A stretch of DNA of 64,000 nt, taken from positions 1,056,001-1,120,000 of the forward strand of contig OY760074.1 in the NCBI GenBank assembly GCA_963663035.1, given 5' to 3'. The number at the start of each line of letters is the position of its first letter. The stretch's first letter is position 1. Positions 18,920 through 28,954 of the stretch are shown one piece after another. Under the pieces are notes generated by a model. That model worked only from the letters and a program-made list of their open reading frames with translations. It ran no database searches and was not told the DNA's origin. Both the position numbers and the translations under genes were made by a program. The stretch is from Acidobacteriota bacterium. GTDB taxonomy: Bacteria; Acidobacteriota; UBA6911; RPQK01; JADFOI01.

Positions 18920-19909
18920 ATGCGTCATAAAAAGAAGATTACAGCTGCTTTGGGCCAGCGTGAATTGGCCAGCTCGGTTCTGCTGAAAGACGTCGAGCTC
19001 GACCCCATCATGGAGATCCTCCAGGAGGGGGTTGTGAAGGAATTCAAGAAGGGCGATGTGTTGATTGAAGTGAAGCAATCGAACCGCTGCCTTTATATGA
19101 TCCTTGCCGGTCGTGTCAGTATCCAGCTGGAACCTCATTTGAATCCGATAGCCGTACTGGGTCCTGGAGATGTGGTGGGTGAGCTGTCTCTTATCGATGG
19201 GCAGCTGACCACGGCTTATGTGGTCACTGAGGCCTCTACCCGGGTGCTGGAACTTCAAGAACCAACCATGTCGTCCCTTCTGTGGGCTTCGCCTGGTGTG
19301 GCTCGTAATCTCTTATTTATCATGGCGCGGCGGTTGCGTCATTTGACCAACCAGGAGTTGCGGCGCGAACATGCACACTATGCGGTCCGTCAATACGCAC
19401 AGGATACGGTCATCGACACTCTCACGGGTCTGTATAATCGCCGCTGGCTGGACAGTATGCTGGTGCGCGAGTTGAATCGTTCTGAGCGGGACCACCGGCC
19501 CCTATCCCTGCTGTTAATCAGCATCGACGCTCTCGAAGAAGAGGCTGAGGACGCTGGCGAACTGGAGAGCGAGCAAATCCTCAATACGATCGCCTCGGTG
19601 CTTCAGGAAATCACGCGTCCCGGTGAGATGCTGGCTCGCTATGGGAAGGACGAGTTCCTGGCCTTGCTGCCGGACACTGATGCTTCCACGGGTCAGGAGG
19701 TCGGAGAGCGCTTGCGGGGGGCCATTCATCAGGCCGAGATAACCGCCTCGGACGAGGACTCCTCTTCTTACGTGACCGTCTCGATTGGGGTGGCTGAACT
19801 GACGGATGGGGATACGGCGGACACGCTTCTCTCTGCCGTTGACTCGGCTCTCCACGCGGCGAGACAGGGTGGGGGTAACCAGGTGTTTCTTATCCCCCGA
19901 CCCTCTTGA
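18920..19909 (+). CDS. cNMP-binding domain plus degenerate GGDEF domain protein
   Basis: GPGDVVGELSLID (cNMP); DTLTGLYNRR, ARYGKDEF, VTVSIGVA. Confidence 0.9.
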   Translation: MRHKKKITAALGQRELASSVLLKDVELDPIMEILQEGVVKEFKKGDVLIEVKQSNRCLYMILAGRVSIQLEPHLNPIAVLGPGDVVGELSLIDGQLTTAYVVTEASTRVLELQEPTMSSLLWASPGVARNLLFIMARRLRHLTNQELRREHAHYAVRQYAQDTVIDTLTGLYNRRWLDSMLVRELNRSERDHRPLSLLLISIDALEEEAEDAGELESEQILNTIASVLQEITRPGEMLARYGKDEFLALLPDTDASTGQEVGERLRGAIHQAEITASDEDSSSYVTVSIGVAELTDGDTADTLLSAVDSALHAARQGGGNQVFLIPRPS

Positions 19910-19955
19910 AGCGGCACCTGAACCCGCACTTCCCAGGGCCGCTCTCAGTTCACCT

Positions 19956-21314
19956 CTACATCCAGAAAAGATAATACATGAGAGCCAGAATCAGTCCGGT
20001 GCCCAGGTTCATGAGCACCCCGTTCTTGATCATCTCGCTCACCCGCACCAGCCCAGTGGAGTAAGCAATGGCATTGGGCGGGGTCCCCACAGGCATCATG
20101 AAATCGAGGGAGACCCCGATGGCTATCAGGATTGCCATGGCTTGCACTTCAATCTCCAGTGCCTGAGCAACCGGAATCATCAGCGGCACCAGAATGGCTG
20201 CAGAAGCGGTATTGCTGAGCATCATGGTGATGAAGATGCCGAAGAAAACCAGAATGAGTACGATGAGGAAGAGCGGGACTCTACCCAGGGACCTGGCCAG
20301 CGTTTCAGCCATCAGAACATCGATCTTCACCGTCATGAGAGCACTGCCCAGTGAGAGGCCCCCGCCGAACAGAAGCAGGGTCCCCCAGCTGATCTTTCCC
20401 AGGTCGGTGTCATCCAGGAGTCCCAGTCCGTACAGGAGAATGATGGGGCAAAGAGCGACGGTCGCTGAAGCCAACCCGGTCAGTTGTGTTGTGAGCCATC
20501 CCAGGGCAGTCAGGAGGAACACACCCAGGATGATCCACTGCTCTCGTGAGAGCCCCGCTTCGCCTGTGCTGACCCTGATCTGGTCGACCTCCGGCTTATT
20601 GAGCAGGCACAACATGAGCCACACGTAAAGGAGAGCGACGATGACAAAAGGAAGGGTCTGGACCATCCAGCCCACAAAGCTGAGCTCAATCCTCTCGATG
20701 TTGTTTTCAGCCAGGAACCTGACCGCGATCGCATTGGGGGGGCTGCCCACAATGGTGGCGACGCCGCCGATTGTGGCAGCGTAGGCTACCGCCAGAACAC
20801 AACCCTTGGCAAACTTGGAGGTGCCTGACAACAGCCCATTTTCTTTCAGTACCACAAGGCAGATGGGAATCATGATGGCGGAAGCAGCGGTGTTGGACAT
20901 CCACATGGAGAGAAAGGCAGTCACCAGCATGAGTCCCAGGATGAACAGATAGGGATTGGTGCCAATGCGCCTGAGCAGGGCACTGGCTATGGTAGAATCC
21001 AGGCCGTGCTTCTGCATGCCCCGGGCCAGGATGAACCCCCCCAGGAACAGAACGATGACGGGATCAAAATAGGGCTGGAAGATCTCTTGAGTTCCAAACC
21101 CGGCCACAACGATCAGGAGAAAGGAAGAGATGAGAGAGGTGATGTACAGGGGAATCACCTCGGAGACCCAGAGAACCACAGCTACCGCTACGATGGCCAG
21201 CACCACCCTCTGGCGGGACTCCAGGACGGCTGACCCAAAGTGGACCAGGAACGCCGCCACTCCGGCCGCAAGGAAATAACCCACTCTCCTCTTGGTGGAT
21301 ATCCTCTCTTCCAT
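19956..21314 (-). CDS. SLC13/DASS family Na+/di-tricarboxylate or sulfate symporter
   Basis: MSNTA twice, GSPPN, GTPPNAI; start at ATG 21314 because the track ORF start lies inside a REP. Confidence 0.9.
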   Translation of the reverse strand: MEERISTKRRVGYFLAAGVAAFLVHFGSAVLESRQRVVLAIVAVAVVLWVSEVIPLYITSLISSFLLIVVAGFGTQEIFQPYFDPVIVLFLGGFILARGMQKHGLDSTIASALLRRIGTNPYLFILGLMLVTAFLSMWMSNTAASAIMIPICLVVLKENGLLSGTSKFAKGCVLAVAYAATIGGVATIVGSPPNAIAVRFLAENNIERIELSFVGWMVQTLPFVIVALLYVWLMLCLLNKPEVDQIRVSTGEAGLSREQWIILGVFLLTALGWLTTQLTGLASATVALCPIILLYGLGLLDDTDLGKISWGTLLLFGGGLSLGSALMTVKIDVLMAETLARSLGRVPLFLIVLILVFFGIFITMMLSNTASAAILVPLMIPVAQALEIEVQAMAILIAIGVSLDFMMPVGTPPNAIAYSTGLVRVSEMIKNGVLMNLGTGLILALMYYLFWM

Positions 21315-21326
21315 GTTTCTTAGGAA

Positions 21327-21351
21327 TTCGGCACCTGAGGTGCCTCCCACG
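21327..21351. repeat. REP family B
   Basis: TTCGGCACCTGAGGTGCCTCCCACG fills the short gap between the PIG-L and SLC13 genes. Confidence 0.9.
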
Positions 21352-21353
21352 CG

Positions 21354-24050
21354 CTACTTTCCCAGACTCAGCAGATTGGCCAGAAGACGATAAGCTCCTG
21401 GCACACCGGCCGGCAGTTGTCTCCACAGTCCAAGACCGACATAAATCCATCGGCCCTGCCCGTAGTCGGCCTCCACCAGGGAACCCAGCTTGACGCCCTG
21501 ATTGTACTCAAAGGGGTCCTGGGTGGAGATGAGGTCCCGGTAGCGGGGATCCTTCTCACCCATAAAGTAGAGGCCACGTTCCTGAACCCAGTCTTCCCAA
21601 TCCCGCCCGGAAATCTCATTGGGGGTAGAGAAGACGGGATGGGCAGGTTCCAGGATTCTGGCAGGCGCGTTTTCATCCGTCACCCTCCCGCTCCCCACCT
21701 GGGCGGGATAGGGGGCATAGGGACTGTCCAGCATCTGGCGGCGGCCGTCAGGTCCTCGGGCAGTTTCGTTGAATTCGAATTTGTTGTATTGAACGATCAT
21801 GGTCCCGCCGTCCTTGACCCAATCCAGCAGCCGGTAGTTGTAAGCTTTCAGATCTTCTCGATTCAGATAGGCGCGGATCCCGGTGACGATGACGTCGTAC
21901 TGGTCGAGATCACCAAACGCCAGGTCATCCTCGCTGAGGAAGGTGAAGTCCACTCCCAGTTGCTGCAGCGCTGCCGGGACCTTGTCGGCAACACCCAGAA
22001 TGTAGGCAATCTTCAAATCAGGTGTGACCTGGACATCGACGGCTTTTACCTGAATGGTGGAGGGATGATAGAGGAGACGGCGCTGGATATGGTGGTAGTC
22101 GATCACCTGATAACCCTGTTGATAGGTCTGACCCTGGAAGTTCCCGACTGCGCGAATCTCAAAGTCGCCGGCTGAGAGGTCTTGGGGAGCGATGATACGG
22201 AATCTTGTGGTAATAGATTGATTCTCGCGAGTAAAGGAGAGGGGGGCTTCCCGGGGAATCACCTCCCAGCCCGGAGGGACCTCCAGCCCGACACTTCCCG
22301 AGGTGGGCTCGCGGCCATTGTGCAAGGCAATTACGCGCACTTCGTGTCCCTGGGCGGCCTGAGCCAAGGGTACGATGTTGATCTCCGGGTCGACTCTTAA
22401 GGAGATGGCCGGCACCACCATCAGCTCATGCCGCTGTTCGCCGCCCACCCAGGGGCCTTCGTAGCGATGGCGAGCTGCAGACTCGAGTGTGGATGGAGTT
22501 CCGTTGGTCTCATAGATGACCCTGACATTGACAGAGGGCGGGCTCCACGGTTGAGTTGGATCTTGCGATCTGATGGATTCATAGCGATCCGCCTTGGGAT
22601 TTCTCTGCCAGTAGGGCTGCGACAATGCGGCTCCGGCTGGTACGGTCACTCGAAAGCTGTGGTTGACCACCGCTTTGGGGGGAACATGACTGGGGGTTTT
22701 CTCTGCGCTTCTGATCAGCCAACCGGGTGGCGCATCGATGTGGATGACGTTGATATCCAGGGGGCTGGGACCCCCGTTGGCGAGGGTTGCCACCAGCTCG
22801 AACTCCTGTCCTGGAATGACCATTCCGTCATCCACCAGTGTCTCAAGTGAGAGTTGGCGGGCAAAGTGGAGTGCTTCCATGAAGTCCTCCTCCTTGCGGT
22901 CCAGCAGGAAGAGAATCTGGAATTTCGCAGAGGCCTCGAGGCTGGCGGTTGCAATTTTGTTGCGCAGATCTCGTACGCCACTCAGACCTTTGGCCAGAGG
23001 TGGAGCTGTCTGCTCAGGAGTCGCCGGATGGTAGGCGGCCATTGCGGCATCAATGTGCCCTTGAATCTCCAGTAGATCGTGGTGAAGAAAGGAAACGTTG
23101 CTCCCCTCTCCCTGGGCGTAGGCTTCGATGGCAAAGAGAGTGGTATCGATGCCATCAAAAAGATCCTCCTCCTGGGTTTCTATTTCCATGGCCTCGTCGA
23201 ACCTTCTCCACTGGGAGGAACGTTCTCCCGGCAGGGCAAGCATCTGCGACATGCCCTGACATCGGTGGTAGGCGCGTTCCTGGGCTCCGACCTGGAAATA
23301 GGTTTTGCCCAGTAAAGGATCATAGATGCCCGTCTCCATTTGCAGGACCTTGAGTTGATCCTCCTGGCGTCCGGCTTGTGAGCCTCGCTGGCGGTACCGC
23401 TCGTAGATTTTCTTGGCCTGCCAGGGCTGCAGTCCCTCTGCGATTTGCTCGGGGAAGCGAGCAGGATCGGCTGCCGCACGAAAGGCCTCCTCGGCGATTA
23501 AGGCCGATGCCTGATGGTGCTGGCCGCCGCCTGTCCCGGTGCGTGAAAGGGTGGTGATGACGTCAGGTCGAAAGGTTCGAATCACCCGCACCACGTCCTT
23601 GAGGATTTCCTCCTTCCCCCATTTTTCCAGTGTCTCCTCCACGCTAAAGGAATAACCAAAGTCGAAGGCGCGGCCAAAGAACTGGCGAGTGGCATCATAT
23701 CGATGCATGGACATCAGTTCTTCGGTGCGCAGGATACCCAGCGCTTCAAACAGTTCAGGACCGATTTCGTTTTGACCGCCACCCCCCCGCGTCAAGGTGA
23801 GTAGGCCGGTCCGTGCTCCGCGACCGCGGCTGAGCATCATCAGCAGTCCATTGTCCTCGTCATCGGGATGGGCGGTTACCTGGAGGAAAGTTCCCGTGAC
23901 GGGGAGTTTCCTGAGTGCGAAGGCAAGTCCCAGAGCTCCCTCATCGAAGGAAACCGGGGGTAGTTGTGCGGCCAGGGGAGATATCCACAGGGACAAATTG
24001 ACCAGGGCCAGGACCACAGTAAAGAAAGGGGAGAGTGATTTTGATCTCAT
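21354..24050 (-). CDS. secreted PIG-L family deacetylase with NEW3-like Ig and C-terminal glutamine-amidotransferase-like domains
   Basis: Signal peptide; AHPDDE, LTRGGGGQN, GQHHQ; WVQERGLYF. Confidence 0.85.
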   Translation of the reverse strand: MRSKSLSPFFTVVLALVNLSLWISPLAAQLPPVSFDEGALGLAFALRKLPVTGTFLQVTAHPDDEDNGLLMMLSRGRGARTGLLTLTRGGGGQNEIGPELFEALGILRTEELMSMHRYDATRQFFGRAFDFGYSFSVEETLEKWGKEEILKDVVRVIRTFRPDVITTLSRTGTGGGQHHQASALIAEEAFRAAADPARFPEQIAEGLQPWQAKKIYERYRQRGSQAGRQEDQLKVLQMETGIYDPLLGKTYFQVGAQERAYHRCQGMSQMLALPGERSSQWRRFDEAMEIETQEEDLFDGIDTTLFAIEAYAQGEGSNVSFLHHDLLEIQGHIDAAMAAYHPATPEQTAPPLAKGLSGVRDLRNKIATASLEASAKFQILFLLDRKEEDFMEALHFARQLSLETLVDDGMVIPGQEFELVATLANGGPSPLDINVIHIDAPPGWLIRSAEKTPSHVPPKAVVNHSFRVTVPAGAALSQPYWQRNPKADRYESIRSQDPTQPWSPPSVNVRVIYETNGTPSTLESAARHRYEGPWVGGEQRHELMVVPAISLRVDPEINIVPLAQAAQGHEVRVIALHNGREPTSGSVGLEVPPGWEVIPREAPLSFTRENQSITTRFRIIAPQDLSAGDFEIRAVGNFQGQTYQQGYQVIDYHHIQRRLLYHPSTIQVKAVDVQVTPDLKIAYILGVADKVPAALQQLGVDFTFLSEDDLAFGDLDQYDVIVTGIRAYLNREDLKAYNYRLLDWVKDGGTMIVQYNKFEFNETARGPDGRRQMLDSPYAPYPAQVGSGRVTDENAPARILEPAHPVFSTPNEISGRDWEDWVQERGLYFMGEKDPRYRDLISTQDPFEYNQGVKLGSLVEADYGQGRWIYVGLGLWRQLPAGVPGAYRLLANLLSLGK

Positions 24051-24055
24051 GAGTC

Positions 24056-25183
24056 CTATGACCTCTCGTTTAAGATTTCTTCGTAGAAAGATTCATATTG
24101 GGGAATAATCAATTGACTGTCAAAAGAAGAGGCCGCTCGTTCTCGGGCCTCTTTCTGAAAAGCAGCATAGCGTTCAGCCTGGGTGAGGAGTTCCAGGGCT
24201 TTTTTTGCCATCCCGGAAACTTCTCCCACGGGAAGCAGAAAACCTGTTTCCCCGTCCACGACCACCTCCGGCAAGCCGCCAATGGAGGTGCCGATGACGG
24301 GGACACCGCAGGACATTGCTTCCAGAGCAACCAGCCCAAAGCTCTCCTGCTCACTGGGCAGAAGAAACAAGTCAGTGCAGCACAGCAGCTCTCCAAGATC
24401 ATCCTGTTCTCCCAGAAACCAAACGTCCGCTGAGAGTTTCAGCTCCTTCACCAGTTGCTGGACAAATAATCGTTCAGGTCCCTCACCGACCAGAAGCAAC
24501 TTCACGGGAATCTGCTCTCGAATGCGAGCGAAGATTCGAACCACGTCGGTGACCCTTTTCACAGGGCGGAAGTTGGAGGCGTGCATCAAGATCTTTTCTC
24601 CTTTGGGAGCGAAGTGTTCCCTGGTGCAATCGTTGGAATCCCGGTCGTATCGCCGGGTGTCGACGAAGTTATGGATCACCCGGATTTCACGGCCGATCGC
24701 AAACTCCTCCATGGTCCGCTTTTGAAGATACTTCGAAACAGCCGTCACCCCGTCCGATTGCTCAATGTTGAACTTGATCACCTGGTAAAAGGAGCTGTCC
24801 ATCCCGACCAGCGTGATGTCGGTTCCGTGCAGGGTTGTGATGGTTTTGACCTTCTGAGAGCCGAGTATTTGCTTGGCCAGATAGGCACTGGCCGCGTGAG
24901 GGACGGCATAGTGAGCGTGAAGGAGGTCCAGTCCGTATTCTTTGCTCACATTGACCAGCTTGGTGGCCAGGGAGAGAGCGTAAGGGGGGTATTTAAAGAG
25001 GGGATAAGAGGTTGCCTCAACCTCGTGGATGAAAACATTTTGATGAAAGGATCCCAGTCGAAAAGGAGTGGCGTAGCTGACGATGTGAACCTCGTGGTCC
25101 CGCTGGGCCAGGCCCAGGGCAAGTTCCGAGGCGACAACCCCGCTTCCACCATGGGTTGGATAGCAGATAATCCCGATTTTCAC
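24056..25183 (-). CDS. bshA: N-acetyl-alpha-D-glucosaminyl L-malate synthase
   Basis: MKIGIICYPTHGGSGVVA, HAHYAVPHA, TTLHGTDITLVG, SNFRPVKR, ESFGLVALEAM. Confidence 0.95.
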   Translation of the reverse strand: MKIGIICYPTHGGSGVVASELALGLAQRDHEVHIVSYATPFRLGSFHQNVFIHEVEATSYPLFKYPPYALSLATKLVNVSKEYGLDLLHAHYAVPHAASAYLAKQILGSQKVKTITTLHGTDITLVGMDSSFYQVIKFNIEQSDGVTAVSKYLQKRTMEEFAIGREIRVIHNFVDTRRYDRDSNDCTREHFAPKGEKILMHASNFRPVKRVTDVVRIFARIREQIPVKLLLVGEGPERLFVQQLVKELKLSADVWFLGEQDDLGELLCCTDLFLLPSEQESFGLVALEAMSCGVPVIGTSIGGLPEVVVDGETGFLLPVGEVSGMAKKALELLTQAERYAAFQKEARERAASSFDSQLIIPQYESFYEEILNERS

Positions 25184-25194
25184 TTGAACAACTC

Positions 25195-25932
25195 TTAAAG
25201 AGATCCTTCCCAGTAATCTGTTCCAAAGGAGCTGACAGGATCATCCAGTCGAATCGGCTCTCGGACCAGGAAAGCCTCACCGTAAGTGGTTCCAATGGAG
25301 ATACCGTAGTGCTTGGCCCGGGTGATGATCGTCTCCAGAAACTGAGGGGCACTAATCAGGGTCTCCTCATCACCAAATTGGCTCTTTTCGGGGTGATGAA
25401 ATTGAGATTTATAGGCCTGAATCGCCTCTATTTTGCGATCGTGACACTCGGTGATGTCCACCACGAAGGAAGGCTGGAATTCGAACCAGCACTGATAATA
25501 GATCACCCGAGAGGGACGGTGAGCCTCCTGGTCGGTGTCGATCTTTTTTAATCCGGCCAGGAAGGCTGCTTCACGGATCAGCGTTGAGGTGTTGGCGTGG
25601 TCTGGATGCCGGTCTTCCCAGTAGGGCGCGAAGACAATTTTCGGTTGATATTCCCGAATTTCCCGGATGATCTTGAGTTTGTTTTCCCAGCTGACGGAAA
25701 CGTTGCCATCGGGGATGTCCAGCATCTTGTGAGCCGAGAGACCCATGATGCCGGCCGCCTCCTGGAACTCCTGGTTTCGAATTTCCGGGGACCCGCGTGT
25801 CCCCAGCTCGCCACGGGTTAGGGAAATGACGCCGGTTTTGTATCCTTTTGAGGCGAGTTTGATCAGAGTTCCGGCACAGCACAGCTCGATATCGTCTGGA
25901 TGAGCGCCGAAGGCCACAGACTCAAGCTGCAT
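25195..25932 (-). CDS. bshB1: bacillithiol biosynthesis deacetylase
   Basis: GAHPDDIEL, LTRGELGTRG, DRHPDH; adjacent to bshA. Confidence 0.9.
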   Translation of the reverse strand: MQLESVAFGAHPDDIELCCAGTLIKLASKGYKTGVISLTRGELGTRGSPEIRNQEFQEAAGIMGLSAHKMLDIPDGNVSVSWENKLKIIREIREYQPKIVFAPYWEDRHPDHANTSTLIREAAFLAGLKKIDTDQEAHRPSRVIYYQCWFEFQPSFVVDITECHDRKIEAIQAYKSQFHHPEKSQFGDEETLISAPQFLETIITRAKHYGISIGTTYGEAFLVREPIRLDDPVSSFGTDYWEGSL

Positions 25933-25971
25933 GGCATGCTGAAAGGCCTGGTGAAATTCTCTGAGGAGGAG

Positions 25972-26337
25972 TTAGTGTGCAGCGCTGGAAGGGTCGGCCA
26001 GAGCGCTGCCAAATTTTTCCTCTTCCTTCTTCTTCACTGCATCTATGTCCAGGGCGCCATCCAGGGACCCTTTAGTTTCAGTGATGCGGTTGTCGTCCGT
26101 ACAGAGGTCGGCAGCATTCTTCTCGATCCATTCCTCATGTTCCTCAGGAACTTCCGCCTCGGGATAGATGGCGTTGACAGGACACAGAGGAACGCAGGCA
26201 TCACAATCGATGCACTCATCCGGGTTGATGATCAACATGTGGGGATCCTGAAGCTCGTAAAAACAGTCCACCGGGCAGTCAGCCACACAGTCCGTATAGC
26301 GGTTGTCAGAACAGCGTTCCGTGACAATGTAAGTCAT
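25972..26337 (-). CDS. 7Fe-type ferredoxin (FdxA-like)
   Basis: MTYIVTERC...YTDCVADCPVDCF...CIDCDACVPLCPVNAI. Confidence 0.9.
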   Translation of the reverse strand: MTYIVTERCSDNRYTDCVADCPVDCFYELQDPHMLIINPDECIDCDACVPLCPVNAIYPEAEVPEEHEEWIEKNAADLCTDDNRITETKGSLDGALDIDAVKKKEEEKFGSALADPSSAAH

Positions 26338-26429
26338 TGAATCTCTCCTCCTGTCGTCCTTATCAAAAAATCCTTGTTACCATACCAAGCCTGTACAGGC
26401 GGGTGCAAGTTTGAACGTTACCACAAGTA

Positions 26430-27431
26430 CTATGTCGAAATTCCTGACTCCATTGGCAAGTCAATCGCTTCTGCATTGACCACATTTCCTGTTCTGGGCA
26501 TGGTTCCCCTCAGCACAGCTTTGATGTCTTCACCCAGAGTGCGGAGCATACGCTCCTGTGCCCGGCCCGTTCTGGCGGCCACGTGGGCTGAGAAGAGCGC
26601 ACGTGGGTGCTGGAAGATAGGATGTGTGAGATCGGGTGGTTCCTGAATCAGGGTGTCCAGGGCGACGTAGCCCAGCCGGCCGCTTTCCAAGGCCGCCTGG
26701 AGAAGGTCGTAGCTCTCCACCAACTCACCGCGGGCGGCGTTGATGAGAATTGCGCCCTTCTTGAAGTTTTCAATATTGGAGGCGTTGATCAGGCTTTTGG
26801 TGTTCTCCTGAAGAGGAGTATGCAGCGTGACCACATCGCTCTTTTCCAGCAGTTCCTCCAGGGGGACGGAATGAAGCTTCTCCTGGGCGAGATCTGAGGG
26901 TTCCAGGTAGGGATCGGTCACCAGCACATTGAGGTCAAAGGGCTGCAGGAGATGCAATACCTGTCGTCCGATGCTTCCCAGTCCCACAATGCCCACTGTG
27001 GCTGCTTCAAGATCCAGGTTCAGGCGATGATAGCGCTCTTGCCAGTTCCCTTGGAGTACTGCTTGGTGCCAGCCGCGAAGGTCCTTGGCGGCTGCCAGAA
27101 TGAGAGCGACGGTGTGCTCAGCCACCGCCCGCGACATGGCTCCAGGTGTATACAACACTGCAATATTGCGCAAAGATGCGGCCTCGACATCAACCGTGTT
27201 ATAGCCGGCTCCGGTGCGTGCAATGATTCGAAGAGCGGGGGCTGCCTCCATGACCTCGCTGTCGATCAGAGTGGAACCCCTGGCGACGATGGCGACCACC
27301 TGTGCGTCCAGGGCGGAGAGAAGGGAACTGCGGGAGGGTTCCTCCACTATCACCACCTGTTCATCGGAGAAGAACTGCTCGATGACCCATTCGGGAAGGT
27401 GTCCCAGGGTAACGATTTTGTGTCCTGACAT
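26430..27431 (-). CDS. D-isomer-specific 2-hydroxyacid dehydrogenase
   Basis: GIVGLGSIG, LHTPL, INAARG, D..EP, AHVAA. Confidence 0.9.
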   Translation of the reverse strand: MSGHKIVTLGHLPEWVIEQFFSDEQVVIVEEPSRSSLLSALDAQVVAIVARGSTLIDSEVMEAAPALRIIARTGAGYNTVDVEAASLRNIAVLYTPGAMSRAVAEHTVALILAAAKDLRGWHQAVLQGNWQERYHRLNLDLEAATVGIVGLGSIGRQVLHLLQPFDLNVLVTDPYLEPSDLAQEKLHSVPLEELLEKSDVVTLHTPLQENTKSLINASNIENFKKGAILINAARGELVESYDLLQAALESGRLGYVALDTLIQEPPDLTHPIFQHPRALFSAHVAARTGRAQERMLRTLGEDIKAVLRGTMPRTGNVVNAEAIDLPMESGIST

Positions 27432-27485
27432 GATGTGCTCTATTTTCCTTAACCGGGTGAGAAATTCAAGTGTTTATGAGTTGGT

Positions 27486-27559
27486 GCGTGGGAGGGTTTG
27501 TGCGTGGGAGGCACCGGCAAGTTTCTATTCATCCGTGGGAGGCACCCTCAGGTGCCGAA
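27486..27559. repeat. cluster of one near-complete and two truncated REP family B units
   Basis: GCGTGGGAG (27486), GCGTGGGAGGCACC (27502), CGTGGGAGGCACCCTCAGGTGCCGAA (27534). Confidence 0.75.
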
Positions 27560-27626
27560 TCCGTGCCTCCTCCGGCCTGTGGACAGTTTCTGCAGGCACG
27601 TGCTAGAATGCCCCGCTTTATCCCCG

Positions 27627-27701
27627 GTCCCTATCGTCTAGCTTGGCCTAGGACACCGCCCTTTCAAGGCGGAAACACGGGTTCAAATCCCGTTGGGGAC
27701 G
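27627..27701 (+). tRNA. tRNA-Glu(UUC)
   Basis: Acceptor GTCCCTA/TGGGGAC, anticodon stem CCGCC/GGCGG with loop CT-TTC-AA, T arm GGTTCAAATCC. Confidence 0.95.
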
Positions 27702-27715
27702 CACCTTCCAACGAT

Positions 27716-28954
27716 CTACTTGGCTAGTGCGGCAAAAGACTGCTGCGCCGTCAGGACTTGCTCCAGGCGTGCCAGCCGCTCTGTGAGTTCGGCAAGCTGG
27801 TCCTTCTGCACCTGGGTCTGCCGGTGCTGTTTCTGGAGTTCGTTGAGCAACATTCCACCTAACTGTTGATACAAGACTGTCTTGACTCTTTCCTGGTCGT
27901 CATACACAACCAGTTCGGGATACACCTCGGCGACTTCCTCCGCAATAAGACCGTATTGCAGCCGGCCATCACCCGCGTCGTACTCCTTCTTGTAGTGAAA
28001 GGTGACCGGACGCAGGCGCATCAGGCTGGTGCTGGCTTCGCCCATGTCGTGGATGTCCTCCTTGAACCGCTTTGAGGAGGAAGGAACCACCTGAACACCA
28101 GCGATGAAGGCACTTGTTTGACCGTCGCCGATTCTGATGGTGTTCGATTCCGCCGCAAAGCCCTGGTGGCCGATATAGATGTTGTTGTCGCCAGTCGTCG
28201 CGGCAGCTCCTGCGTCCGCACCAATTGCGATGTTGTTATCGCCAATGGTGTTGCTGCCGAGCGCAACGACCCCACTCGCCGTGTTGTTATCGCCTTCGGT
28301 GTTTCTGAAGAGCTCCTGGACTTCACTCGCTGTGTTGTTTATGCCCGTGGAATTTCTGAAGAGCGCGATATATCCGCTGGCAGTGTTATTTTTTCCCGTG
28401 GTGTTGTTTTGGAGCGCAACGACCCCACTCGCCGTATTGTTAGTTCCTTCGGTGTTTAAGAGGAGTGCACTGAAACCAATCGCTGTGTTGGATCGGCCGG
28501 TGATATTCTCTCGGAGCGCACCGCTCCCAGTCGCTGTGTTGCCTCGGTCGGTCGTGTTCTCTCGAAGGGTATTGAAACCCATCGCTGTGTTGAATGCGCC
28601 GGTGGTGTTGTTCTGGAATGAATTGCCTCCCAGCCTGCTGTTGTTGCCAACGGTGGCGACCCTTGGACCAAAGGTCACATCCATCGAAGACATTCCCATA
28701 TCAGTGGAGACAACGACCAGAAAGGTTCCTCGGGGGTCTGTGAATGACAGCGCAGCCTCTATGGACGTACTGGTTGAAGAGTTGACTCCCAGCTCCTCCA
28801 GCGTACCGAGGTCGGTGCCCATAAAGACTTGGAGGCCAGCACCGAAATCGTCGCCGAAGATGGTAAGCGTTCCCTCATCCAAATTCACTACTGCGTTTGT
28901 CAGGAAGGGCGCTTGCCCAAAACTCGGCACTGTCCACAAAAAAAAGATCACCAT
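27716..28954 (-). CDS. trimeric fibre/adhesin-like protein with 14-aa Asn/Thr/Gly repeats and C-terminal peptidase S74 chaperone domain
   Basis: About 10 repeats NTTGxxNTAxGxxAL; SSKRFKEDI..LRPVTFHYK..QYGLIAEEV; coiled-coil tail. The original start is probably 28988, now out of frame. Confidence 0.85.
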   Translation of the reverse strand: MVIFFLWTVPSFGQAPFLTNAVVNLDEGTLTIFGDDFGAGLQVFMGTDLGTLEELGVNSSTSTSIEAALSFTDPRGTFLVVVSTDMGMSSMDVTFGPRVATVGNNSRLGGNSFQNNTTGAFNTAMGFNTLRENTTDRGNTATGSGALRENITGRSNTAIGFSALLLNTEGTNNTASGVVALQNNTTGKNNTASGYIALFRNSTGINNTASEVQELFRNTEGDNNTASGVVALGSNTIGDNNIAIGADAGAAATTGDNNIYIGHQGFAAESNTIRIGDGQTSAFIAGVQVVPSSSKRFKEDIHDMGEASTSLMRLRPVTFHYKKEYDAGDGRLQYGLIAEEVAEVYPELVVYDDQERVKTVLYQQLGGMLLNELQKQHRQTQVQKDQLAELTERLARLEQVLTAQQSFAALAK

